Below are positions 1 through 8,447 of a stretch of DNA of 64,000 nucleotides, piece by piece. A program made the translations under genes and the position numbers. The stretch's first letter is position 1; each line of letters starts with the position of its first letter. The stretch is from a virus. A model generated the notes under the pieces. It saw only the letters and a program-made list of their open reading frames with translations, did not search any database and was not told where the DNA came from. Location of the stretch: IMG/VR virus record IMGVR_UViG_3300042892_000474, positions 1 through 64,000 of that record; one strand, given 5' to 3'.

Positions 1-680
1 AATGTGCGCTCCCAATCACTGACTAGTTCAGGATTGTGTACTGTGCCTTCACCTTGATGCCATAGTGGGAATGTACCTACATATAGATTTGCTTCATTGC
101 TCCATACTAATGGCACGGGTTGAACTACTTCATATCCCAAAAGTTGAGCGGCTGCACAGAAATCAATATCTTCATTGCCGCCCTTTTCGTAACGCTCATC
201 TAAGTATCCAACTTTGTTCAATACTTCTCTAGTGAACATTACACAGAAAAAGACACCAAAATCCATATTAGTAATAGGTGAGTACTTCTTTAGTGAGCAA
301 GTTATTCCGCATTTAGGATTATCTTCAAAACCTTGATTCAATAGTTTAAGCCAATCACCTCTGTGTTGACCAAGAAGAATAGCGTCATTGTTTAGCATGA
401 CAAGTTTGTCACAAGTTGATACACGAATTCCAGCGTTTGTCGCTCTTGCATATCCAAGTGCATCTTTATTCCAAACAATCTTTAAGTGATCTGATAATCC
501 TAAATAGTCAAAACTAGCTTTTAGTTTGTCCAAATAGTCAGATGTGTTGTCTGTACAACCATTGGCACTTATTATAAGTTCAATGTCATTGATATGTGAA
601 TACTTCAACAGTGCTTCTATACACGGTTTTAAGAATTTATCACAATTGTTATATGTTGGTATTACGATACTATATTTCAT
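1..680 (-). CDS. Glycosyltransferase family 2 protein (3' end outside window)
   Basis: Not in the ORF track; translated by hand from ATG at 680: MKYSIVIPTYNNCDKFLKPCIEALLKY...IISANGCTDNT...GYARATNAGIR...VMLNNDA...VGYLDERYEKGGNEDIDFC. These are typical GT-A/GT2 motifs. SD AGAGGA lies upstream. Confidence 0.88.
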   Translation of the reverse strand, partial: MKYSIVIPTYNNCDKFLKPCIEALLKYSHINDIELIISANGCTDNTSDYLDKLKASFDYLGLSDHLKIVWNKDALGYARATNAGIRVSTCDKLVMLNNDAILLGQHRGDWLKLLNQGFEDNPKCGITCSLKKYSPITNMDFGVFFCVMFTREVLNKVGYLDERYEKGGNEDIDFCAAAQLLGYEVVQPVPLVWSNEANLYVGTFPLWHQGEGTVHNPELVSDWERT

Positions 681-682
681 GG

Positions 683-715
683 AATCCTCTAATCATTACT
701 TATGACTAGAGGATT
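683..715 (-). promoter_or_regulatory. 14-bp hairpin covering the GT2 Shine-Dalgarno, with a late-promoter-like CATAAGTA across its loop
   Basis: Minus strand reads AATCCTCTAGTCAT-AAGTA-ATGATTAGAGGATT-CC-ATG, with one G-U pair. Confidence 0.6.
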
Positions 716-728
716 GGGTTGTTAAAAA

Positions 729-992
729 TTAAAACTCAGGATATTCGCCGTACAATTGACCGTTAGAATATGCTCTGACAGCACGTACAAATTGAGAAGA
801 ATTCATATTGTTTGCTTCTAATACATTGTCAACACAACGCCAAAAGTCATTTAATACTGCAGGAGCACATGTGCATGTTGATGTTACACGATATGGAACG
901 TAACCAAACGGGGCACAATCAAAATCACTGTCAGATGTTACATTATAATTCTTCATGCCCTCAGTTGTTAGAATATAGAAATCGTATATCAT
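729..992 (-). CDS. Hypothetical protein (87 aa)
   Basis: ORF coupled to the upstream gene by a TAATG overlap; last gene of the lectin-array run. Confidence 0.6.
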   Translation of the reverse strand: MIYDFYILTTEGMKNYNVTSDSDFDCAPFGYVPYRVTSTCTCAPAVLNDFWRCVDNVLEANNMNSSQFVRAVRAYSNGQLYGEYPEF

Positions 993-1744
993 TATTTCAC
1001 CATAATCATGTATTGATTCGTTCCACCGTATGTCAGCCCGTTAGATACGAATGTTCCGTTTAAGAAATTACCACTACCGTCTGTAGTTGAACCACCGCAC
1101 CATGGACCTGCATAATAGAAATCTGCTCCACAGTATGTTGTTACCATACTTGTTGGAGTTCCACCGTAGCCTGCAAATCCGCAACAATCTCTCATATAGT
1201 AGAAATTGTTTGAGGTACCTGTAATTGGAAATCCTATTGCTCCCTGCATCCCTGGAAAGTCAGCCTGTCCGTATACAGTTAGGTTAGATGTTAGTACTGT
1301 GGTGCCAGCACCTTGCTGAGTATCACTGGTAGTAAAAGTTGTATAATCTAGCCCAGATCGTTTGTAAACAAACGGTCCCCATGCATTATTATTGATGTTT
1401 GCCCTATTGCCAAAAATAAATTCAGTGAATGTTGCATAGCCGTTGAATAGTGTATACCATCCTAGTTGATATGCTTGTGAAAAGTCTTTTGCATCACCGA
1501 TAGTACCTCCTCTCCAACCCCAATTTTGACTATTGTAGTTTACTACTGATGGGTGAGTACGTGCAACCATCATCCATCCACCACCGTCAGTTGTCATGTC
1601 ACAATAAACGGGAACACCGGTGCTGTTAGGTCCCTGAGGATACAACATGTAGTAATTATCCCTACCAGCCAAAATAGGAAAGGCTGCAAGTAATTCACTT
1701 GCTGTTTTGTAGTTACGATAATTAGGTCCTGCAAAGACGCTCAT
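992..1744 (-). CDS. Fibrinogen C-terminal-like (YCDMxxDGGGW) domain protein, putative virion adhesin
   Basis: VPVYCDMTTDGGGWMMVAR motif; ATGA overlap with the upstream gene. Confidence 0.75.
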   Translation of the reverse strand: MSVFAGPNYRNYKTASELLAAFPILAGRDNYYMLYPQGPNSTGVPVYCDMTTDGGGWMMVARTHPSVVNYNSQNWGWRGGTIGDAKDFSQAYQLGWYTLFNGYATFTEFIFGNRANINNNAWGPFVYKRSGLDYTTFTTSDTQQGAGTTVLTSNLTVYGQADFPGMQGAIGFPITGTSNNFYYMRDCCGFAGYGGTPTSMVTTYCGADFYYAGPWCGGSTTDGSGNFLNGTFVSNGLTYGGTNQYMIMVK

Positions 1745-2529
1745 ACACCATATCTCGATCTTGTTGCTTCAAAATTTTGAAGCATTTGTGCATCAGTTAA
1801 TTTTTCATTGTACAGCATGAAGCTTCCAAAACTTGCAGCAGCATTTTGATTAAAACAGCTACTAGAATATCCTCCACCCAATGTCCATTGCATTATAGTT
1901 TCGCCACTTCTATCAATATAACTGTGTATAGCTGTGGGTGTTGTTCCTGAAAATTGCTGTACACCGTTGGTGTAACAACGAACAATATCATTTCCACTTT
2001 CATTATAGCTATAAGTAAATCCAATTAATTGCCATGTACCCGGTGTATGCCATGTTCCCGATGCACTTATATTGTTCGTACCGCCGCCACCACTATTCCA
2101 CCAGTAATAAGTACCAGTGTCACACCACATATACCAAATACATTGATCGCTATCTCCGGTACCGGTTCCTGCACTGCCGGTGCTCATCATGCGACCGGAA
2201 GAACTTTGATTAACCCAAAACATGATACTAAAATTATTGGCTCCGAATCTATCTATTCCGGCGGCACTGGTGTTAATATCAATACGACTTCCTACATTAT
2301 AAATGGTGCCACTTTGAGCTCCGTTGGTAGACAAGTATTTTATTCCTGTACTAGTATAAGTTACCACATTTTTTGTGTATCCAATGTTTCTTTGCGCATC
2401 TACTAAGTTATAAAAAGTAGATATATTTCCAGAGGTAGAACCGCTTCCAGTATAGCATCTTGGATTCCCCCAATCCATATATATCTGTAGATTGGTATTA
2501 TAAATGTTTGGATTGCAAACAACTGACAT
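1741..2529 (-). CDS. LamG/ConA-like lectin-fold protein (divergent paralogue)
   Basis: N-terminal NPNI..LQIYMDWGNPRCY and C-terminal LYNEKLTDAQMLQNFEATRSRYGV are shared with the array; core FSIMFWV..WQLIGFTY..YTNG. Confidence 0.75.
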   Translation of the reverse strand: MSVVCNPNIYNTNLQIYMDWGNPRCYTGSGSTSGNISTFYNLVDAQRNIGYTKNVVTYTSTGIKYLSTNGAQSGTIYNVGSRIDINTSAAGIDRFGANNFSIMFWVNQSSSGRMMSTGSAGTGTGDSDQCIWYMWCDTGTYYWWNSGGGGTNNISASGTWHTPGTWQLIGFTYSYNESGNDIVRCYTNGVQQFSGTTPTAIHSYIDRSGETIMQWTLGGGYSSSCFNQNAAASFGSFMLYNEKLTDAQMLQNFEATRSRYGV

Positions 2530-2723
2530 TAATCAGGTACTCCTAATAAAGTCCAATCATCATTTCTGAACATCCAAACTTTGCAATTTTCACCGTTGCA
2601 GTAGTCTTTACATAACAAGTTTTTGTGTAAATTTTGTATGTATTCAGGAACATTGATAGAAACTTCTAAATTTTCTATTACTTCTAACAGTGTGTTAGGA
2701 TCTATATATTTAATTGTTATCAT
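2529..2723 (-). CDS. Small hypothetical protein (64 aa)
   Basis: Translationally coupled on both sides (ATGA and TAATG overlaps). Confidence 0.55.
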   Translation of the reverse strand: MITIKYIDPNTLLEVIENLEVSINVPEYIQNLHKNLLCKDYCNGENCKVWMFRNDDWTLLGVPD

Positions 2724-3439
2724 ATACCATATCTCCCGCTCAACGCAGTAAAATTTTGTGTAATTTCAGTAGCGGATAGTGCTCTATTATAAGCTACAAA
2801 TGTTGCTATCTTGCCGGTATACAATCCACAACATGCACTTCTTACTAAACCCGGGGCGGCATTGGTGAATGCTGTTTGTGGTACTCCCATGTTAGTTGCA
2901 GTTTGATAGACACCATTCAAATACAATTGCCATTGAGGGGTACCACTACTATTAGTTCCTGCTCTGTCAAAAATCATACATACGTTATACCACAATGATG
3001 CTGACAATGTGTTTGTAAATCCAAGAAAAGGTTCTGAGTATGTAGGGCCTACTAATACATAACATCCGTTTAGACCAATACCAAATCTATAACCATCTGC
3101 GCCGCCTGCATTACTAAACATACCACATTGTCCTACACTTGCTGGTGGATTTTTAATCCAAGTAGAGAATGTAAAGCTACCGGTAGTAGGAATCATGTTA
3201 CCGGTAAAACTAAATCCTAAACTAGCATCTCCTGAATAGGCGCCACTAACAGTAGCAAAGTCAAAACATCCACCACCATCACTTGATGTAGGCACCGACC
3301 CGTACATGGTAGCAGTATTAGTTTGACCACTAACATCATACCAAGTTGTGCCGACACCTGGCCAACTTCTAATATTAGCTGCATCAATATTTAAAACTAA
3401 ACCATTGTCAACAGCATTGGGACCTGAATCTACACTCAT
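2720..3439 (-). CDS. LamG/ConA-like lectin-fold protein
   Basis: GLVLNIDAAN..SWPG..WYDVSG; FTFSTWIK; WYNVC; LYLNG; YNRALSATEITQNF. Confidence 0.8.
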   Translation of the reverse strand: MSVDSGPNAVDNGLVLNIDAANIRSWPGVGTTWYDVSGQTNTATMYGSVPTSSDGGGCFDFATVSGAYSGDASLGFSFTGNMIPTTGSFTFSTWIKNPPASVGQCGMFSNAGGADGYRFGIGLNGCYVLVGPTYSEPFLGFTNTLSASLWYNVCMIFDRAGTNSSGTPQWQLYLNGVYQTATNMGVPQTAFTNAAPGLVRSACCGLYTGKIATFVAYNRALSATEITQNFTALSGRYGI

Positions 3440-4134
3440 ATACCATACCTTCCTCTGAGTGCATTGAAGTTTTGTGATAGCTGTGCTGATGTTAGTCCTA
3501 GACCTTTATAAATCATCACATCACTTATTCTACCGTTCAATGGTTCTGATGAGTTGTTGCCATCTATGCCAATATTTAAAATACCAGTAGCGGTACCAAA
3601 TGTGTTGCTATTAGTAGCAGTAGCAACTGAAACATTATCAACATACATAGTAATTGCTGATCCTATTCTAGTCACAACAACATTATGCCATTGGTTAGCA
3701 CCGTAATCCGATGTGGAAGGAATCACATAACCATCTCCTACCCTATACAAGTTAAAGGAGCCGCCGTTACTCATCATTATTTGCCATTCACCTGTGGTTT
3801 GTACACTACCTGTATAATAATCACCTATAATATTTCCAAATGCGGGGCCGGCAGCGGTTAATCTGTATACCCACGCTGATATTGTGAAATTTCCGGTAAA
3901 CACATTTGCTATAGTTGTATTACCAATATTAAGATAATCATCTACACCATCAAATTGAAAGTATCCACTCATTCCACTTACATAAGTTGTACCATTAACC
4001 AATGTGCCTCTTAAACCATTACCACTTATATCTAGTACACTCGTACCAGATCCTGAATAACTGCGTGGATTAGCACTGTCTATACATAGTGACAAACTTG
4101 ATGTTACAATCGATGGTGAGTGTTGTAGTGCCAT
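3436..4134 (-). CDS. LamG/ConA-like lectin-fold protein
   Basis: FQFDGVDDY, FTISAWV, WHNVVVTR, MYVD, GRISDVMIY motifs. Confidence 0.85.
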   Translation of the reverse strand: MALQHSPSIVTSSLSLCIDSANPRSYSGSGTSVLDISGNGLRGTLVNGTTYVSGMSGYFQFDGVDDYLNIGNTTIANVFTGNFTISAWVYRLTAAGPAFGNIIGDYYTGSVQTTGEWQIMMSNGGSFNLYRVGDGYVIPSTSDYGANQWHNVVVTRIGSAITMYVDNVSVATATNSNTFGTATGILNIGIDGNNSSEPLNGRISDVMIYKGLGLTSAQLSQNFNALRGRYGI

Positions 4135-4748
4135 TATATGCCGTACCTTCCACGATATGCATTAAAATTTTGAGAAGATTCTGATGCAGATAATACTCTG
4201 TTGTAAATCATAATTGCTGACACGCTTCCTGCCATTTGCCATGATGATGGGTACAACCACCACTCATAATAATTCCACGGTGCTGTTACAAAATCTACAG
4301 TTTTTGCCTCCCACATATGATAAACACCATTTCTATAATTTATAGGTGTAGCTGGATTTAATGTTAATGCTAAATCAACATAATTAGTAGGTGACCCGCA
4401 ATTGCTGTTATAATAGTCGTTACCGTAACTTGCGCTTAAATAATAAGTGTTATCCTGATTTCCACGAATCCATAATTCTTGAGTATCTACAGTTGAATAC
4501 CATATTACTACTGTACACACTGTAGTAACACCTGTCATTGATGTGGCTCTAGTAAAGCCCTGAGTAGATCCGTCTAATGTGAACTTTCCAGCAGACCATG
4601 ATGGAGAACCAGTAAGTGTATGGGTATTGCCATTCCCGCTTACATCATACCAAGCAGTACCAGTACCTGGATAGCTTCTAGGATTGGCTGCATCTAAGCA
4701 TAATACTAGACCAGATGTTACAATTGACGGTGAGTGTTGTAGTGCCAT
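4134..4748 (-). CDS. LamG-like protein with divergent core
   Basis: Same N- and C-terminal boxes as neighbours (MALQHSPSIVTSGLVLCLDAANPRSY...YNRVLSASESSQNFNAYRGRYGI). Confidence 0.75.
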   Translation of the reverse strand: MALQHSPSIVTSGLVLCLDAANPRSYPGTGTAWYDVSGNGNTHTLTGSPSWSAGKFTLDGSTQGFTRATSMTGVTTVCTVVIWYSTVDTQELWIRGNQDNTYYLSASYGNDYYNSNCGSPTNYVDLALTLNPATPINYRNGVYHMWEAKTVDFVTAPWNYYEWWLYPSSWQMAGSVSAIMIYNRVLSASESSQNFNAYRGRYGI

Positions 4749-5428
4749 TATATTCCGTACCTTCCTCGTAATGCGTTGAAGTTTTGTAATACTTGTGATC
4801 CAGTTAAACCTATATTATAAACTTTTGTACATCCTATTCTACCATTTAAGTAGTAGCTTACGCCGGGACCATATGCACCAATATATTGATTTGTTTGTCC
4901 TGTAGGTAATGTCCCTGAGCTACTTTGTGTTGCAACAACACTACCATTAACATAAACATATTTTGTTGTTCCATCATAAACAGAAACAATGTTATTCCAT
5001 GCATTAGCGTTAACAAAACTGCTAGTAGTAAATGTTAAATCTTGGCCGCTTAGATTCATTGTTCTAAAATAAAAAGTTCCATCACCATTAAAAAAATTAC
5101 TGTATTGTGTGTTGACTGCACCTTTTTCAAATAAAAAACCATTGTGTGCAGTAGTGAAGGGGTAGACCCATGAATCCATTGTTAATGTTTGAATATCAAA
5201 TGCCGTAGATGTAGGTGAAACCCAATAGTCATTTACTCCGTCAAATGTAAAATAACTAGATGCGCCATTGCTTGTAAATGCGGGGCCGTTAGTTAATGTT
5301 CCGTTATTACCAACACTACTAGCATCAGCCCATGTTGTCCCCGAACCATTATAACTGCGTGGATTACCTGCATCTACACAAAGTATTAGTCCAGACGTTA
5401 CGATTGATGGTGAGTGTTGTAGTGCCAT
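4748..5428 (-). CDS. LamG/ConA-like lectin-fold protein
   Basis: FTFDGVNDY, WNNIVSVYDG, VYVNG, YIGAY, KVYNIGL motifs. Confidence 0.85.
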   Translation of the reverse strand: MALQHSPSIVTSGLILCVDAGNPRSYNGSGTTWADASSVGNNGTLTNGPAFTSNGASSYFTFDGVNDYWVSPTSTAFDIQTLTMDSWVYPFTTAHNGFLFEKGAVNTQYSNFFNGDGTFYFRTMNLSGQDLTFTTSSFVNANAWNNIVSVYDGTTKYVYVNGSVVATQSSSGTLPTGQTNQYIGAYGPGVSYYLNGRIGCTKVYNIGLTGSQVLQNFNALRGRYGI

Positions 5429-5435
5429 TTTAGTT

Positions 5436-5702
5436 TTACATTGGCATTGGGTTAGTCCACTCAGGTGTTGACATTAACTCTAATGCCTCATCGTGTGTCA
5501 TGTATGGACCTTTAGTGGTCAACGATGATATACAACTAGGTACCCCTGCATCAGTCATCCATTTAACAACTGTTTGTGTATCATCTACACTAAGTCTTAG
5601 CGTTTCTGCTGACGTTTGTTCTATTTGTGAAAAATCTAATTGTGATATTTCAGTTACACTTAGTATAACATAAGTTAATCCATTACTCTCATTCAATTGC
5701 AT
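5436..5702 (-). CDS. Small acidic hypothetical protein embedded in the lectin array
   Basis: ORF with SD AAGGGG and its own ATAAATA box at 5722-5728. Confidence 0.7.
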   Translation of the reverse strand: MQLNESNGLTYVILSVTEISQLDFSQIEQTSAETLRLSVDDTQTVVKWMTDAGVPSCISSLTTKGPYMTHDEALELMSTPEWTNPMPM

Positions 5703-5721
5703 AATTATTCCCCTTAACTAA

Positions 5722-5729
5722 TATTTATT
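5722..5729 (-). promoter_or_regulatory. T4-type late promoter box (AATAAATA)
   Basis: Matches the recurring (A/C)TAA(A/G)TA box seen upstream of structural genes in this window. Confidence 0.55.
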
Positions 5730-5758
5730 CTACTATCTTTGCTTAACAATTCAACGGA

Positions 5759-6469
5759 TTAGATACCAAAACGTCCTCTAATAGCATTAAAGTTTTGCAA
5801 CACTTCAGTTGAAGTTATAGCTCTATTGTACAAACTATAATAAGGCAGAGCACCAATCACAGCATAAACGCCACTAGAGTAACCGCCTATAGCTACTGGA
5901 TTAGTTATCGTTTGACTAGTTACTGGGTTAGCGTCACTATATATTTCAACACCATTAAAGTACATTTTTCGTGTTGTTCCGTCATGAGTAGCAACTATGT
6001 TTGTCCAAACATCTACATATGTCGAACTATTATATGATGTTGTTCCATCATTGCCGCCGGTACCCTGAGTTCTAAACACTAACGGAGAACAGTAATAAAT
6101 TTCCCAAGCGCCATCCATTTTAGTCATTGCAGTACACACGGCAGTAGTTATTTTTAACCACATCGAAACAGTCATGCCGTTTTGACACACACAATCTTGT
6201 AGTGTGGGACTGTTTGTTATATTAACAACATTGTTAACCGTTGCATCTGATCCTCCTAAATGTCTATCAAACATCATCCATTTAGTATTAGTATCATAGC
6301 CACTTGTACTCCCAGCTGACGGTCCAGTAAAATTAGTCATAGTACCGTGATTATTATTTCCACTAATATCATACCAAATGTTACCGGTGCCGGGATAGCT
6401 TCTAGGGTTAGTGGAATCTAGTAATACAGTCAAACCAGTTGTCACAATGCTAGGATTGTAGTTTATCAT
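5759..6469 (-). CDS. LamG/ConA-like lectin-fold protein
   Basis: Shared termini; MTVSMWLK, WTNIVATHDG, MYFNG, LYNRAIT. Confidence 0.8.
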   Translation of the reverse strand: MINYNPSIVTTGLTVLLDSTNPRSYPGTGNIWYDISGNNNHGTMTNFTGPSAGSTSGYDTNTKWMMFDRHLGGSDATVNNVVNITNSPTLQDCVCQNGMTVSMWLKITTAVCTAMTKMDGAWEIYYCSPLVFRTQGTGGNDGTTSYNSSTYVDVWTNIVATHDGTTRKMYFNGVEIYSDANPVTSQTITNPVAIGGYSSGVYAVIGALPYYSLYNRAITSTEVLQNFNAIRGRFGI

Positions 6470-7131
6470 ATACCAAATCTCCCACGAGTTGCGTTGAAGT
6501 TTTGCAATACCTGATCAGAGGTCAATGCGGTGTTGTAAATTTTTACACTTCCCATACTGCCTGCCCAAGCATAAGCTGTGTCGGGGGTGTGTTGTCCTAA
6601 TGTTATATTTCCAGTTGTAGATGAGGCTGCTCCACTAGATAATGAATTTTCTGCCACGCCATTCACATACATAACCGCGGTTGATCCATTCCAAGTCCAA
6701 GCTGTTTGATACCAGGTATTTGCAACAACAGTAGTGGTACTGAGGAGAGTCGTATAAGCCCATGCCGAACCATTTCCTAAGTGTATGTTAAATTTATTAC
6801 TGTTAATTTCATATCGTAAACTAAAAAATTGATCCAAAAATATATTCTGTGTGCCGTCAACCACTGATGTTCTTAAAAATAATTCAATAGTTAAATTGCT
6901 TAAAGGCGGAATAGTATTTACAACATTGACCCTGTCATCTACTCCGTCAAAGGTAAGTATACCTAAATTATTACTACTATAACTGACACCATTAGTGAGA
7001 GTTCCAATTGCGTTGTTTCCGCTAACATCAAACCAAGATGTACCGGTACCGGGGTAAGATTTTGGATTAGCAGCGTCTAAACATAATATTAGACCTGATG
7101 TAACAATATTAGGATTTGCTACAACACTCAT
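6466..7131 (-). CDS. LamG/ConA-like lectin-fold protein
   Basis: LTFDGVDD, WYQTAWTWNG, MYVNG, KIYNTALT. Confidence 0.85.
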   Translation of the reverse strand: MSVVANPNIVTSGLILCLDAANPKSYPGTGTSWFDVSGNNAIGTLTNGVSYSSNNLGILTFDGVDDRVNVVNTIPPLSNLTIELFLRTSVVDGTQNIFLDQFFSLRYEINSNKFNIHLGNGSAWAYTTLLSTTTVVANTWYQTAWTWNGSTAVMYVNGVAENSLSSGAASSTTGNITLGQHTPDTAYAWAGSMGSVKIYNTALTSDQVLQNFNATRGRFGI

Positions 7132-7772
7132 ATACCAAATCTCCCTCGATATGCATTGAATACTTGTGAGATTTCTGTTGTTGTTAGAACTCTATTCCAA
7201 ACTAATAAATTTGCAATTTGACAAGTAGAGTTTTGTCCATATTGATTATTTAGATTCCAACCATTTGGACCTGCGCTGCCGTTACTATTACTTGCTAACA
7301 ATGTTTCATTTGCATAAGTTGCCCATGTGTCAGTACTAACATTTCCAGTGGCAGTAAACATTCTCCATATAGTGTCAGATGTTGGACTGCCTACATCATT
7401 GACCCAACCTTCAGCATAATAATCACCCCAAGTGTTATCGTGATGAGCCATTAACCAATTATTATTTAATGCGGTTACTGTTCTTCCAGAATCTCCGTCT
7501 GCTAATTTTCTAACAAATGAAATAACTGTATTATTACTAGCGGACAAATTCAATGTAGAATTAGTACCATAACCAGTAGCATCTTTTGCAAACTGCAATA
7601 CACCACGACCGGTGGCACTTTGATATGTGACTCCTGCACCTAATGCAATATTATGCCCGTTGTCAGTAACATCATACCATGTAGCTCCTGATCCAGGATA
7701 ACTGCGGGGGTTAGCGGCATCCACACATTGTACTAATCCCGTAGTAGGAATATTGTAATTATAGTTTATCAT
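7128..7772 (-). CDS. LamG-like protein (start revised to MINYNYNIPT)
   Basis: ATG at 7772 overlaps the upstream TGA (ATGA) and gives an N-terminus matching the paralogues. Confidence 0.8.
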   Translation of the reverse strand: MINYNYNIPTTGLVQCVDAANPRSYPGSGATWYDVTDNGHNIALGAGVTYQSATGRGVLQFAKDATGYGTNSTLNLSASNNTVISFVRKLADGDSGRTVTALNNNWLMAHHDNTWGDYYAEGWVNDVGSPTSDTIWRMFTATGNVSTDTWATYANETLLASNSNGSAGPNGWNLNNQYGQNSTCQIANLLVWNRVLTTTEISQVFNAYRGRFGI

Positions 7773-8434
7773 ACTCCGTATCTCCCGCGCAATGCATTGA
7801 AGTTTTGTTGTATTTCTTGAGCATTCAGAGTTCGGTTGTAAATTTTGTATGTAGCTCCTGGTCCGGAAAAATAGTAACCAACAGCCCATCTACCTATTAA
7901 TATATTAGTTGTTCCTATAAATGAAGCAATAGTGCCAGTACCTTGTAATACTCCGTTTTTGTAAATTGACGCGGCGCCACTAGATTTTACATAAGTGTAA
8001 GATATGTTATTCCATGCGTTTAGCGTAGCGGTCCCTGCAGTAAAATCCGATGCAAAATGACCTTGGTATATCGCCCCACTTCTAAAGACTAGATGCATAC
8101 CTTCTCTTGTTGCAGTAGTATCTGTTCCAAACATTGTCCTATCGCTAGTCAAATCAGTTGGATAAACCCATGCATCAAATGTGTAATCCGCATCATACAC
8201 ACCTAACTGAGTTGCTGTTTTACCTGAATCTACATAATCATTAACCGCATCAAATGTAAAATAACCATTAACGCCACTAGTGTATGTAGGACTGTTATTT
8301 AGTGTTCCATTATTCCCATTACCACTCACATCATTCCATAATGTCCCGGAACCAGGATAGCTACGGGGGTTCCCTGCATCTAAGCAGAGAACAAGCCCGT
8401 TTGTTACTATGCTTGAATTGTAAGCAACTGACAA
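7769..8434 (-). CDS. LamG/ConA-like lectin-fold protein (TTG start)
   Basis: AGGAG 6 nt before TTG; FTFDAVNDY, FDAWVYP, IYKNG, KIYNRTL. Confidence 0.85.
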   Translation of the reverse strand: MSVAYNSSIVTNGLVLCLDAGNPRSYPGSGTLWNDVSGNGNNGTLNNSPTYTSGVNGYFTFDAVNDYVDSGKTATQLGVYDADYTFDAWVYPTDLTSDRTMFGTDTTATREGMHLVFRSGAIYQGHFASDFTAGTATLNAWNNISYTYVKSSGAASIYKNGVLQGTGTIASFIGTTNILIGRWAVGYYFSGPGATYKIYNRTLNAQEIQQNFNALRGRYGV

Positions 8435-8447
8435 TTCATACTCCTAA

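Noticed and set aside
992-8434. Diversity-generating retroelement or shufflon acting on the lectin genes
   Set aside because: No reverse transcriptase, no TR/VR pair differing at adenines, no invertase or inverted cassettes; each paralogue is a complete gene.
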